Assembly: GCA_009602735.1 (NCBI GenBank)
Contig: WELA01002449.1
Location: forward strand, 327,793 to 368,153
DNA from: Mesotaenium endlicherianum
Taxonomy: Eukaryota
Reading direction: 5' to 3'
Length of the DNA stretch: 40,361 nucleotides
Shown here: positions 1 to 28,456 of the stretch, one piece after another
How the letters are laid out: each line of letters begins with the position of its first letter
Numbering within the stretch: the stretch's first letter is position 1
The notes under the pieces: generated by a model
Seen by the model: the letters and a program-made list of their open reading frames with translations, nothing else
Told to the model about the DNA's origin: nothing
Databases searched by the model: none
Made by a program: the position numbers and the translations under genes

Positions 1-479
1 TCTTTCTATGTTCTAGCTCTTGTTTATATACTTGCTACATAAGTAATTTCTAGGAAGGTGTATGTTGATGTGTTGGCACCCAACACATCCCAAAACTTGC
101 CACCTCTTTCTAGAATAATGTACACATGTCCTTTTGACCTAAAAATGGCACATCTGACTTTTGCCACATGGAGTTCTTCTAGGTCTTTCCTCTAACTTCG
201 AAAATGCCTTGGAAGGTTCAAAGGACATGAACCAAGTTACTAGAGTACCTATTCACACTTGACTTCACACCATACTACTTCAAATATATTTGAAAACATT
301 AAAATATATGCAAACTAATGTATAATAACTCAAATCACTACATTAATTGTTAATCGCCTATTTGGTAAGACGATTCATTTCAAAATTCCACTTCCAGCAC
401 ATAGTCATCATAAGGCCTCACATGCTCATACCTTATATTGCAATGCAGTCTTTCAATACCTTTCTCCTTGTCACACCAG

Positions 480-1800
480 CAATTTATCATATGGTCTGGG
501 CTGTTGTGCTCCCTGATAGGGTAGCCATTGCAATCCTTCAAATTCTCCCTCCAGAAACTCAGCTCCTCCATGACTTTGTCTGTCAAAATTAGTTTGCTGT
601 CCCAGTCTTCCTTAGTCCTCAATAATGTAAGCATCTGCCTAGAAAACATGTCTGAGTACTATCCTATTGCTAGTTTCATGGATAAAACTTGTCCAACAAC
701 AGCAGCCAAAACTTTAAGCCAAACAATCCCTCGTTTCTTTTGCTTTTCTAACATGTCATCTATTGTTTTGAGCAACTTGTCTTTCCTGCTCTTGTAAATG
801 TAAATTCTCATAGATCTAGACTCCAGAACCACTCCCAAAAATTGTTGAATTCTAGTGCAACTCAACTAAGCTTTTGCAATATTGATCATGATTCTTGCAT
901 GTCTGCAATCATGTAGCACTGTCGCTTTGACTCTTGCATGTTCAGCTGGACTCTTACGTATGAATAGCCAATCATCTAGGTTAGGAATCACTTTGATTCC
1001 TTGTCTCCTCCAAAGTCCCACCATTTCCTTCAACAATTTTGTGAACACGTAAGGAGCTGAAGCCATACCAAAAGTCAAGCAGTACACAATATATTCCCCT
1101 TTTACATTGGAATTCCAAGAACTTAGTCAATGTCGGGTCCCTCCTGACATGATGATAACCAGATTTTAACTCCAAAGCAAAGAAATAGCAGTTATTTTCC
1201 ATCACATTAGGTAGCTTTTGCAAGCCTTCATATTTGAAGGGTAGCTTTCTCAAATGCTTGTTCTAAATTCTCAAGTCCAAAATGAGTCAATTTTTTGCCC
1301 TCAACCACATTCAGAGGTAAGACACAAGTTGGCTTACCAGGCTGCTTCCATTTTTCAGCTGCACCGAATGTCAACAGCTCTTCAATAGCCTCTTTTGTGA
1401 AGCGTGGATGCTTCCTCACACCTCCATGGTTCCTCCTCTCATATGCCAAAGGCTCTCCTTTCTCATTCCATTTCTATATTCATATTTGATCACAAATAAC
1501 ACATTGGAGCTTAGTTTAAAAATTCGGATTCGCCGCATACGTATGTACGTATTCGCCGTGCGTACGATACGTGAGAGTCAAAAGTGTACGTTAGAATACG
1601 CCGGAATACGTGAGTGTCGGTGGAATAAACCGACTATAAGTCGGAATAAATTGTAAAATCCGGTCATAGGCGTAATACGGAGTATCACGATACGGAGTAA
1701 TACAATACGTACGGTATGGCCAAAAGAGCCTGTACGGGAGTATGTTTAAACTGGGTTTTACACCATGACTGCCACTAGGCAAATTCGCCTCTCAATCTGA
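480..1800 (-). pseudogene. DIRS-type reverse transcriptase pseudogene
   Basis: Motifs over several frames: 'EAIEELL...CVLPLNVV' (1228-1449), 'FKYEGL...ELKSGYHHV' (981-1253), 'LTFGMASAPYVFTKLL...IPNLDDWL' with YxDD decayed to NLDD (866-1087), 'QFLGVVLES...LAAVVGQVLSM' (659-865), 'EELSFWRENLKDCNGYPI' (380-649). These resemble DIRS-order pol rather than Ty3/Ty1 pol. Confidence 0.88.
1510..1755. mobile_element. MITE (hAT-like termini) inserted in the DIRS RT
   Basis: Ends CTTAGTTTAAAAAT ... ATGTTTAAACTGGG resemble the termini of the two neighbouring MITEs. The interior is rich in TACG/CGTA motifs. RT-like coding resumes on both sides. No TSD visible. Confidence 0.7.
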
Positions 1801-1987
1801 ATCCATGTTCAATTCCTCATTAACATCCATAGCTTGCATCTTTGCAACACCATCATTCGGACCATATAGCAGCTCATACAATCTGTTTTCATCAATTGCA
1901 GGTGGTCACCTATACAGTAGCACATTGCAACAAGAAATTAATATATTCTCAACCAATTTGGCAAACACTTTTCATATCATGCTGGGG

Positions 1988-2393
1988 CCTATGTTAAAAA
2001 TATGAATACGGCCTGTATGGATATGGCCTGTACGGATAAGTATATTCGAGTGTGCCAAAATTATACGTAAACTACGCCAAAATACGCCAAAATACGTCAA
2101 GGGTATGAACTTAATGTAAAGTTGTTTGCGGCTAAAACTTTTGGAGAGTTTGAAAATTATAAATTTTGTGGGTTGCATTAGGTGGAGAATGACGTGCGCC
2201 TCAAGAATAGATGGTCAAAAAAAAATTATGTCAACCATCGGCCTACAGAAGGGAATGTCTTATGTTGGTGTTGAATTATTAAAAACGGACCATAATTTTT
2301 TTAATTTTTTTTTTTTTTTAATACGTAGACGTACGCGATACGGAGTATTGGTACGGCAAGCTATAGGCCGATACGCGAGTATTTTAAACTAGG
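1988..2393 (+). mobile_element. hAT-type MITE, copy 1
   Basis: Termini CCTATGTTAAAAATA ... TATTTTAAACTAGG; 8-bp TSD TGCTGGGG/TGCTGGGA (1980-1987, 2394-2401); full-length inverted homologue at 3455-3835. Strand is arbitrary. Confidence 0.88.
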
Positions 2394-2401
2394 TGCTGGG
2401 A

Positions 2402-3409
2402 TTCCAGACAGTATTGAATACATCATAGTCCATTGACCTTTGTCACACTGCTCTACTGCCTGAAGTGTTGCTGCTGATGCTGCTGTTGCTGAGGAGGAGG
2501 CAACATTCCTTGAGCTATACGGGGGGATGCATCATCACTGCTAATTTAGACAGATGATAGGCTGAGCCTTTGTCTCCATTCTACCGTCATAATGCTTAGT
2601 TATTGCACAATGTGGAGAAAGATGGCCATGGTGGCCACAATTGAAGCAACAGATTGGTTTTCCATCTTGAGTGTATCCAGACCTATTTGCAAACCTGGTA
2701 CTTGTTACCTTTATTATTTTCCTCTTTTTGCTTTGCTACCAGACAGAATGCATCCAACTTCTCTGTCTCAGCGTTCTTACCATTCATAGCACATTTCTTA
2801 AGAGCGTCATTGATTGCAAGCCACTGATGTTCCTCAACTAACCAAATCAGCCTCTTTCTAAACAAAATAGCTGCAAGACTTACAGTCAGCAGTTTACTTG
2901 TCGTCTTGTAATCTCCATCTGTCCAAGCAACCTGTGCTTGCATGGTGGTCTCTTCTAGCTCGTTGATGTATTTGATTTGCATATGTTATCTTATGACATC
3001 CTACTCATGCTCACCATGTCTTTTTCCTCCTTCATTCTTTTGACTTCTCTGGCAAATTGCTCTGTTCTGGCATCACTCTCAGGTTGCTGACGCTTCTGTG
3101 CTGACTTGTTTCTTTTTCAATGTGGATATTCAGCACTTGTACCATCTTGTCTAGCCTCTTAATAATATCTGCAATTTGTGGATTAGATGTCTGTTGCTGC
3201 AATGCTTAGGCAGCCAAACTTTGCGAGGCCTCGGGAGGCTTATCTGACTGCAACTCTTACAAAATTCTTTCTTGTGCTAAGTTTACTAGACTCTCCTTCT
3301 CAGCATCTAAGAGATGAGAGAGATCAACGTCAAAACTGCCAGATTCTTCGTAAGATTGACCCTTAGGTTTAGCCTGAGCATTAGCTAATTGAGACAGCTT
3401 CTTGGCCAT
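2402..3409 (-). pseudogene. gag-like ORF1 remnant of the DIRS element, with CX2CX4HX4C zinc knuckle
   Basis: Translation gives CFNCGHHGHLSPHC at 2607-2648, preceded by the helical segment 'LFRKRLIWLVEEHQW' (ORF 2683-2982). Start MAKKLSQLANAQ at 3409. Several stops and frameshifts. Confidence 0.7.
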
Positions 3410-3454
3410 GATTGGCTGCGTGAAATGGATAATTGAGAGAGGAGTGGACGAGAG

Positions 3455-3835
3455 CCTAGTTTATAAATACTCGCGTATTGGCCTAGCTTGCCGTACCAAT
3501 ATTTTGTATCGTGTACATATACGTATTAAAAAAAAATATATATATATTTAAAATATTGGTCCCGTTTTTTCTTTTAACATCAAAATAAAAGTTTCCCTTC
3601 TACGAGCAGATGGTTAATAAAAAAAAACTTAGACCATCTATTCTTGACACGCTCGTCATTCTCCACCTTATGCGATCGACAAAATTTACAATTTTCAAAC
3701 TTTTCAGAAGTTACAACCGCAAACAACTTTCTACTAAGTTCACACGCTTGGCGTATTTTGGCATATTTTACGTACAATTTTGACACACCTGTATATACTT
3801 ATCCGTACAGGCCGTATTTGTATTTTTAAACTAGG
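3455..3835 (-). mobile_element. hAT-type MITE, copy 2 (inverted relative to copy 1)
   Basis: Termini CCTAGTTTATAAATAC ... GTATTTTTAAACTAGG; perfect 8-bp TSD GACGAGAG (3447-3454, 3836-3843). An 8-bp TSD is typical of hAT elements. Confidence 0.92.
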
Positions 3836-4310
3836 GACGAGAGTATGTGGCGTTGCACCCTTTGGTGTAGCTAGCCGGTCATGGAAGTTTTCTTGGAACT
3901 CGCGGGTGGTAGATCTACAGTACTATGGGACTTTTTTGCGTGCAATGGATACTGACTTGCTTAATTTGACTACATATACTTGCTGGACTGTAAGAACAAG
4001 TACTTGTCGACTAGGTCTCTTTCAAATATTTGTGAAAAATGTGAGATAGTACTTCTAAAAATTATAACTTTTATGCTGACATGTGATAATCCAAAAAGCT
4101 GCTACTCATCTAAAATAACTTGTGATATATAGATGCAGTTATATATCACAAATCTTGTTTCAAAATATGTCTTCGACACATTTCAAATCTTCAAATCTTG
4201 CGCGAACACAAAAGTAGCTCTTGGGTCGATCAAGCAAAGTTACTATTGACATTAGTTGGCCCACGTGCCAAGCGTACAAGAGCAAAGGCAACAGGCGAGC
4301 AGATTCGTGA

Positions 4311-4420
4311 GGGGTACACGAGCGACCGCAGGGGTACGCGAGCAAATTTGTCGGGGTACGCGAGCAAAGATTGCAGGGGTACGCGAGCAGACTCGTCTGG
4401 GGCACGAGAGAAGAGACGGC
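4311..4420 (+). repeat. Five copies of a GGGGTACGCGAGCA-like core at 20-23 bp spacing
   Basis: Cores start at 4311, 4331, 4353, 4376 and 4399, separated by short variable linkers. Confidence 0.85.
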
Positions 4421-4474
4421 AGGCATTTGCGAATAGAGACCCAAGAGAATTCTTTCACGTTTTCACAAAAGGGC

Positions 4475-6475
4475 AAAATACACTTTTATTATCAATTGAT
4501 GACCGACACCAGATTTTCATCCGGTTTGTACAGTTCGTACAATTTGGACATGTTTACGCCAAATCAACCAATGTTGCCAGCAATACCACAAAGTCAACCA
4601 TAACCCTAAAATCATTGTGGAGTGAGAACAAAGCCGTCAAGTGAGTCATGTGAGTGGATTTGTGCAAAAGATATCACACAAAAAACAAAATCGTGCGACA
4701 AAAATTGTCCTTCAAGATTGAGTTTGAGGAGAGTCAATTATCTTTGTTGAAATGCATACAAGGTCTTATGGGTCGCATGTTCTCTCTTGCCAATTTTCAA
4801 AAAATGATACAAAGAGTAAGAGACAGCCCGCAGTGCCGGCCCGGCAAGCTTCGAGAAAACCTTGATATGTTTCCGAAGCGTGTAATTTAACGGTTTTGTT
4901 AAAAGAAAACGTAATTAGTATAAGAAGGAAAATGCAATTGTGTGCATGGTGACTTGGCAATATTTTTTATGTCACTCGAGCTTCTAAACCCCTAACTCCT
5001 GCCCTCTCGGCCGGAAGAAAAACTATCCATGTCCAAGTGTCATGACTCATTAGGTCGGGGTTGTCGCACCAAACCGAGCCACACGTGCGCCGACTATCGA
5101 CCTAAGAAGGCCAACTTTGACTTGATTTACGCATTCATACGTTGACCTTTGCTAGCATTCCAAATCACTAAAGTGTAGAGCGCTGATTCACCTTTCGAAT
5201 GGCACCATTCGGTCAATATCGAGCGAGAAGTTTGCGATCTAGTCCGCGCTACATACCGGCCCCTAGCGAAGTTCCACCAAGGGCCACCTTGTGACTCAAT
5301 GCGCCCAAAGGTCACATTGTTGGCTCTTCACGACTCCAAGGACCTCTAGCTATTAGCGTACAAATCCGCGAGCTTGATAAACTACACTTGGCATGTATTA
5401 GCATAGTATATGAGCACCATTAGAACCATAACTTGGTGACTGCATCACTCATCCCTAGAGGAAGCTTCTTTGAGTTTCATATCTACTTTTGAGGCTTTAT
5501 CTAGGTAGCGTTGGTCGAGGTAAGCTCCGCCAATGGGATCCATGCATTGTCTTCCTTGCACTATACTTTGATTGGTGTGTGTTATGCTCAGCCAATAGGA
5601 GAGCTAGTACTTGTCTTGCCTCCGCTTTCGTGGACCTATGAGAGCCTCCTCGTGATTGTGTGCATTAAATCCGCCGCTTTCAACGCCGGATTTGCAGGAA
5701 GTATATAATAGTAGATGCCCTTAGAAGGTCATTTTTTTAGAAGTCAATTATGCCAGTTGTAAGCCACAGAGTTATCAGTAAAGCTTACACTTTTACCTCT
5801 TGTGTTTTCAGGACCACTTAGTCTCTCTCTTGTGAAGAGCAAGCCCTCCTGGCTTCCAGACACTTGAAGAACTTCACAAGTGGTGAGCAAAGTCACAGCT
5901 TAAATCCTGCCATAAGACTACTCTTGAAGATCATGATGTGCTTCTAGTGATCTTTTGGGCCATACTTCATTAGTTGTTTTCCTACCAGATTACAGTCTTG
6001 AGGTGCTCATTTCAAAGAGTACACACTCCCTAATTAAAACATTTGTCAGTTGACCTTCTTTTGGCCTCAAGGGCACATGCATTTCCGTTTCCATTTCAGC
6101 AAAGCTTGCTTGCCTAATTGTGTGTTACTTGTGCCGATCAGACGCACCCGACCCCATAATACACGACACAAGAAAGAACTGCAGCAGCTCAAATATGGTC
6201 AATTTGGTTAGTGAAATTGAGCAATGCATGGTTAAATTTATTTTTGCGTAAAAAAAAGGACTATAAGAAGAATTTTGTATGAAAATTGCTTGCACTGCTG
6301 CAAGTGCTCGACAGTCCTTGCATTAAAAAGGAATGTCAAAGTACAAGATGGTGAAAGGTTGAAATCATGGTACATGTGGTAAAATTGTCAGAATTGTAAT
6401 GAAATTGTCCAATTTGTCGAAATTGGATGCAAATCTAGACTCATGGCGTCAATCAATAGTAAATATGTACTTTTT
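4475..6475. mobile_element. Possible ancient long-TIR (foldback/MULE-like) element
   Basis: The reverse complement of about 4475-4605 aligns by eye with about 6350-6475, with many mismatches and one gap of about 10 nt. A second short inverted match links about 5037-5068 and 6141-6172. Confidence 0.4.
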
Positions 6476-9400
6476 TTTTCACAAAATCATGTTCCAAAGC
6501 GAAGCACAAATGTGCATCTTTTACTGTGAATAAGGGCCAATTTACAATGGCCACTCGCATAAAGTTGGAGTCCGACATCCTCGCGGTCGCGTTTATTGCA
6601 GTCGAACTTTAAAAATTGCAATCGAGAATGTTAAACCCTGCAGCTGAATTGTACAACCTGCAGGTGAACTCGACGAACTGCGGTTGAAACTTCGAATATT
6701 ATATCGCGTTTAGAGTGACCACAAGAACTTATAGTTGTGTCGAGTGACAGCGCGTTCTTGTACATATGCCAAGTGTTTGTGCGTCCATGTGCACATTCGT
6801 CGGGTTTCAGATCCAAAATTGTCATTTTTTGGGGCTCCTCTTTTGTCGCTTTGCATATCCCACCACTTTCACGAGAAGCCAAATGACCAACCCCCCCCTC
6901 ATTTGAGACATCGGTTGTAGTTGGACTGCAGACTTTGCGGCTTCCAATGACAACAGTGGCATTTGCCACCATGAACGTCCGCAATTTGGAGTCGATCCAT
7001 GATTTAAGGGCCAGTGTACTCCCGAGTACTTTTGGGTATAACTAAAACAACAAAAGTCAAACAGCAGTCCATTTTTTTGGTCACCGTAAACTGGCCCTAA
7101 CACTTTACGTCAAGCACTATGTTCGTGATAGCAAGCTCCAAATCTTGATACGCCTTTGAAAGTTACAAAGATGGACCTCTGTGGTCATGCAAAGGTGGAA
7201 ATGCACAATTGGCGACTCGCGGCTCACGACTAACGACTAACGACTCACGAGTCAATGTCGCAAGATCCTCTTTCTTAGACGATAATTGCACTTTGCACTT
7301 CGTTGGTCACGCGAACTCCACATGTTCAAATTACGCACGTTACACCTTCTTATTCAAAAAGTTCCAAAAAACGCCTTTCTTACGCAAAGTTGCAACGTTA
7401 GATGCTTTTGAAAATTGTAGACGCAGAATTGTAGTTCCCCTTGGGTCAAGTATAGTCCCATTTCTTGTCATTGCACATTACGGCTTTCTTCTCACCAAGA
7501 AATACGAGTATTAAATGAGTGCATTGGCAAAGCTACTTGTTGCTCTGAGTATTCAATGAGTATTCATTGGCAAAATGGCAACATTTGGGGGTACTTCTTT
7601 CTTTCTTTATTTTTCTCTTGCTCACATAACAATATACACCGTCTCGCCTCTTGTCAATGTTGAACCCAACTAAACTACCCCATTGGGCCAGGTCACAGTG
7701 ATAAGTGTCAATCCTAATCAATATTGCCCCTGGGTTCGTTTTTTGCATACTATCACGTAACAATGATACTACACTTTATCGCTTTTTATTGTTTCTGTTT
7801 TGGTCGATATTTGCAACAAAGAGCATATTGCCGGCAAACCTGTTGCCCTTTCTTCCTTGCACGCAGCTCTACTCAATACCCATTAACCTCCCCCATATCC
7901 TATGGCATCATTCGTTATCTTATCATGAATATTTATCATGAATATTTAGCATGTATTGTATCTTCCTATATTCTCAAGTATAATTTTAATACATCAACTT
8001 GACTATAGTACGTGTAAATAGGCATAAATTAGTTGTTGCACATGTTCAACACGATCATTCTTGCAACTTCTGTACGGGACAATATACATACAACATTAAT
8101 TTTCTATCAAGATTCATCCTGGCCACGTGGGTCTGTCCTGTGAACAAGCTTTCGACAAATTCAAGCGAAGGCTTGAAAAACATACAATGCACCATACGCC
8201 TTTTAGTTCTTTTATCATATAAATAAAAGCGTGTTGTCGGCCTAACGATGTTGGAACCTGGAAACGCGTGAGGCTTTCCAGCACGTCGTGGGTCGTCGTT
8301 CTGGTCGATGTGTCGGTGGTCCTTCCCGCGTGCTGGCTTTCCATGGTCGACTGCTCGATGCATCCCTGGTCGATCGCCCTTTGCACGTGTGTTGATGACA
8401 ACCCGACTGTGGTTGACTAGTTCCTGGTCTTTTTGTACTTCACCATTCGTTGAAAGGGTCAAAAACTAAGTGTTTTCACTTTGAGCTTGTCCCTCTCTAT
8501 TTCCTATCTCAAGATTTAGCAAATTTTCAAAATCTTTTTTACTCTTTAGTTCTCCTTACAGTATGACGGAAGTGTCTTACTTCTAATAAGGATTTTGCCC
8601 AAATTGAGAGTTGCACAATGAACAATTTCTAGTTTGTAGAAATGACACCTAAGCAGATCAACACACAACGCCAAGTTGCAGAGGAAATCGCCTACCAGGG
8701 CTTTTGCTTAACTTTCACGAAGTCACAGCTTACGAAGCTCTGAAACTACAGCATCTATGTCGGCCTGGCTTGAGCTCTTCGCTCACGACCACGCCTAACA
8801 ATTCACCACTGCTGGCTGGGCTCACTTAGCTCTTCACTGAGGGCTTTACTTGTTGATCATGCTCTTGCTATCAACAATTCAAAAACTGAGACTTTTGAGA
8901 ACTTGGAAACTATTACATCACTCACCGCTTTATGTGCTCTCTACACGTTTGTGGTGTTTGGTCCAAATATGTGCTAGCACTCCTAGCAAATTCTATTCTG
9001 TAGGTCCTTTACTTCTTTCCAACAAAATTCCTTCTTGGGACTCGTGGCTCTAATTTTTCTATAATACAATGAGAAGAATCTCTTAAGCGCTCGCAAAAGC
9101 GTGGCTTCTCAGGCCTTTTGTGGCCTTTGAAACTCCTCCTTCGCATTCTTTCTTCTCTTCTCCTTTCGCTTCTGCGCTCCCTTTTGCTTCTTGGCAAAAT
9201 GTGCGAGGCAAGAATGAGGTAGGTTCGTGCAAGGCTCGTGCCCTTACCCAGGCACCACGCACGCTATTCTCTCTCAACGGTAGTCACGGCGTCAGCATGC
9301 ATGCAAGCTTGCAGCTGTCCCTTGTGACGGTTTAAGTTATTCGACGTCACTTATCATGCATGCACGCCTTGTGACCGTTGCGCGTGACTGCTTATCCTTG

Positions 9401-11434
9401 TGGACAGCGTGCACGCCTATGTGGCCATTGAGCCCATGTCCTTTGAGGTGGCAGCTCGAATCGTGTCAGCCGCCTCGCAAGTCCAAGGTTGAGGAGGCCC
9501 ATCCACACAGCCCATCCTGACTTGGCACTTGCCAGGGTGGCTGCTCAGTCAGCAACACCTGACTTGGCATCTGGTGGTGTGGACCGTTTGCTGGTCCCAA
9601 TAGGATCAGTTTCTCAGTTGACTTGGTTGTCAAACCCCACCCGTCATAAGAGTCTGTTTTGACCTATCACCGTCACGCTTTCGGGTGACTTGGACTTTGA
9701 CTTTCAATGCTGACTACGCAAAGGTCAAGGTCAGTCCTTTGGTCGGTGAGTCAACGTTGACTTTCCGTACTTAGGCAACCGTGACTTGCGTCACGCATGC
9801 TGCGCTGTGAAACTGATCATAGTCGCGATAGTGTGCGAAGCGTTACCACAAAGAGAGTAAGTAGCGTGTGGAGATTACATAGAAATTACCGATGCAAAGA
9901 GCAAGTAATGTGTGAAGATAAATGAAAATTAAGCAATATGCCAGGCGAAAAACGAACCCACGGAGATTACTGATTAGAATTGCTGCCTACTGTGACCGGG
10001 CCAAGATGAGCGTTGCAGTTTGGTCTAATGTCCTATATGCGCATCCGGCACTTAATACCAATTTTTAAGCTATGCTTGGAGATGAGTTCAGCCTGACGTT
10101 TATGTAAACAACAGGACTCGTGATAATGATTGTTTAGCATGGGGTACTGGCGTTATGGGAAAATCGGGCGAACGACGGTGTCAAATATTTACCTCCCTAT
10201 CAACGATAGGATAGTGAATTTGATAAACCTGAAACATGATAGAGACCTAAGAGATAAATTAGGCACGCGGTATGTCGACGATTAGTGTAAGGAAGGACCC
10301 AATAGGATATATCATATGGGTGAGGTTAATGGCTAATGAGGGAAGGTGCGAGCAAGAAACGAGAACAAGAAAGAGAGGGGTATACAGTATATAAGAAAGA
10401 AAGAGCAACGAAGTACGAGTCATCCGAAGTCCACACCTGGTCCTAAACGATAGAAAGTGAAATATGCAAGTATGCGCGTGTCGAGATCAAATAGAAATCA
10501 CCGGTGTATAGAGAGCAAGTACGAGTCAAGATAAACATAGATTACAAGTAGTGGGAATGCATTTGCTCAATGCAATCATAAATTGACCTACCCCACTGTG
10601 AGCCCAAATGGCCATTGCCATTTTCATTCGAAGTGTATTTTGTCACATGGCAGCTTGCCATATTGGGCTATGAATGGAGGACCTTGCCAGGCCCATTTGG
10701 GCCCCCATTTTTTCCCAAGGTGTTTCTGCACTGTTTACAAGTGCTATAGTCAAGCAAATTATCTGCATTTCCCCTATCAATTGCTCTACAATGATTTCTG
10801 CTACGGTTACTTTGCTTGTTTGCACCCCCAGCTGTGACTCGATTGACAAGTTGTTTTCAGAAATACTCCAAGCACAATGGGGGCCAATCACATGCCAAGA
10901 ATCCTTATGATCCTCCTTTCCTAATGTTCTAGAATATGCAAGTTGCTGCCGTATTTTGTAAAACACATTGTCAAAAAGTAGGCGAAAACTAGATGAGGTA
11001 AGCCGAGCATTCAAGGAAATACTTGTCCGCTATTACTAATTGAGCATCATCTGCCCAATTCGCCAACAGGCACCTCGGGAGTCCATAGTGGTGGCATGGT
11101 GATCGTACGAGGATAGAAGAACTTGGCACATGATGAAGCTTTTTTGCACAAGGGGAACATAAATTTGTGGTGTATAATAAACAGCTATGTACATGTATGT
11201 ATATATGCTTACTTTCGAAGTCTTTGTTGAGTACCTACTTGTTTTCTAAGGATAGGTTGAGCTTTTGTAAGTGACGGGTAGAATGAACAGTGCCTAGCTC
11301 TTTAAGCACATGCTCAACAATGGGCGCCCTCCCGGCGACTTGGCCGTTCGGCAGGCAGGCTACCTCTTATATCGACTATGAACTCATACAACTACTCTGC
11401 AAGTTATATCTGCAGGCGTGCAGCTACTATACAC

Positions 11435-28456
<17,022 letters not shown>

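Larger units (their letters stand above)
480..3900 (-). mobile_element. Degenerate DIRS-order (tyrosine-recombinase class) retrotransposon remnant, interrupted by MITEs; boundaries approximate
   Basis: Minus-strand fragments in DIRS order: gag-like region (ATG at 3409, CCHC knuckle at 2607-2648), then RT fragments with frameshifts and stops. RNase H breaks off at about 470. No intact recombinase or terminal repeats recognised. Confidence 0.85.

Noticed and set aside
380..470. Possible tyrosine-recombinase fragment after the truncated RNase H
   Set aside because: Needs several frameshifts and no HSLR/RHRY catalytic motif is visible.
4311..4420. CRISPR-like repeat-spacer appearance
   Set aside because: Repeats (~14 bp) and spacers (6-9 bp) are far too short, there are no cas genes, and the context is eukaryotic.
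9070..10647. Candidate solo LTRs (TG..CA at 9070-9850 and TGTGAC..GTCACA at 9991-10647)
   Set aside because: No matching target-site duplications, PBS/PPT or second LTR. Probably repeat-derived but unclassifiable by eye.
10583..11014. Overlapping ORFs of 78-123 aa
   Set aside because: No recognisable motif or splice support.
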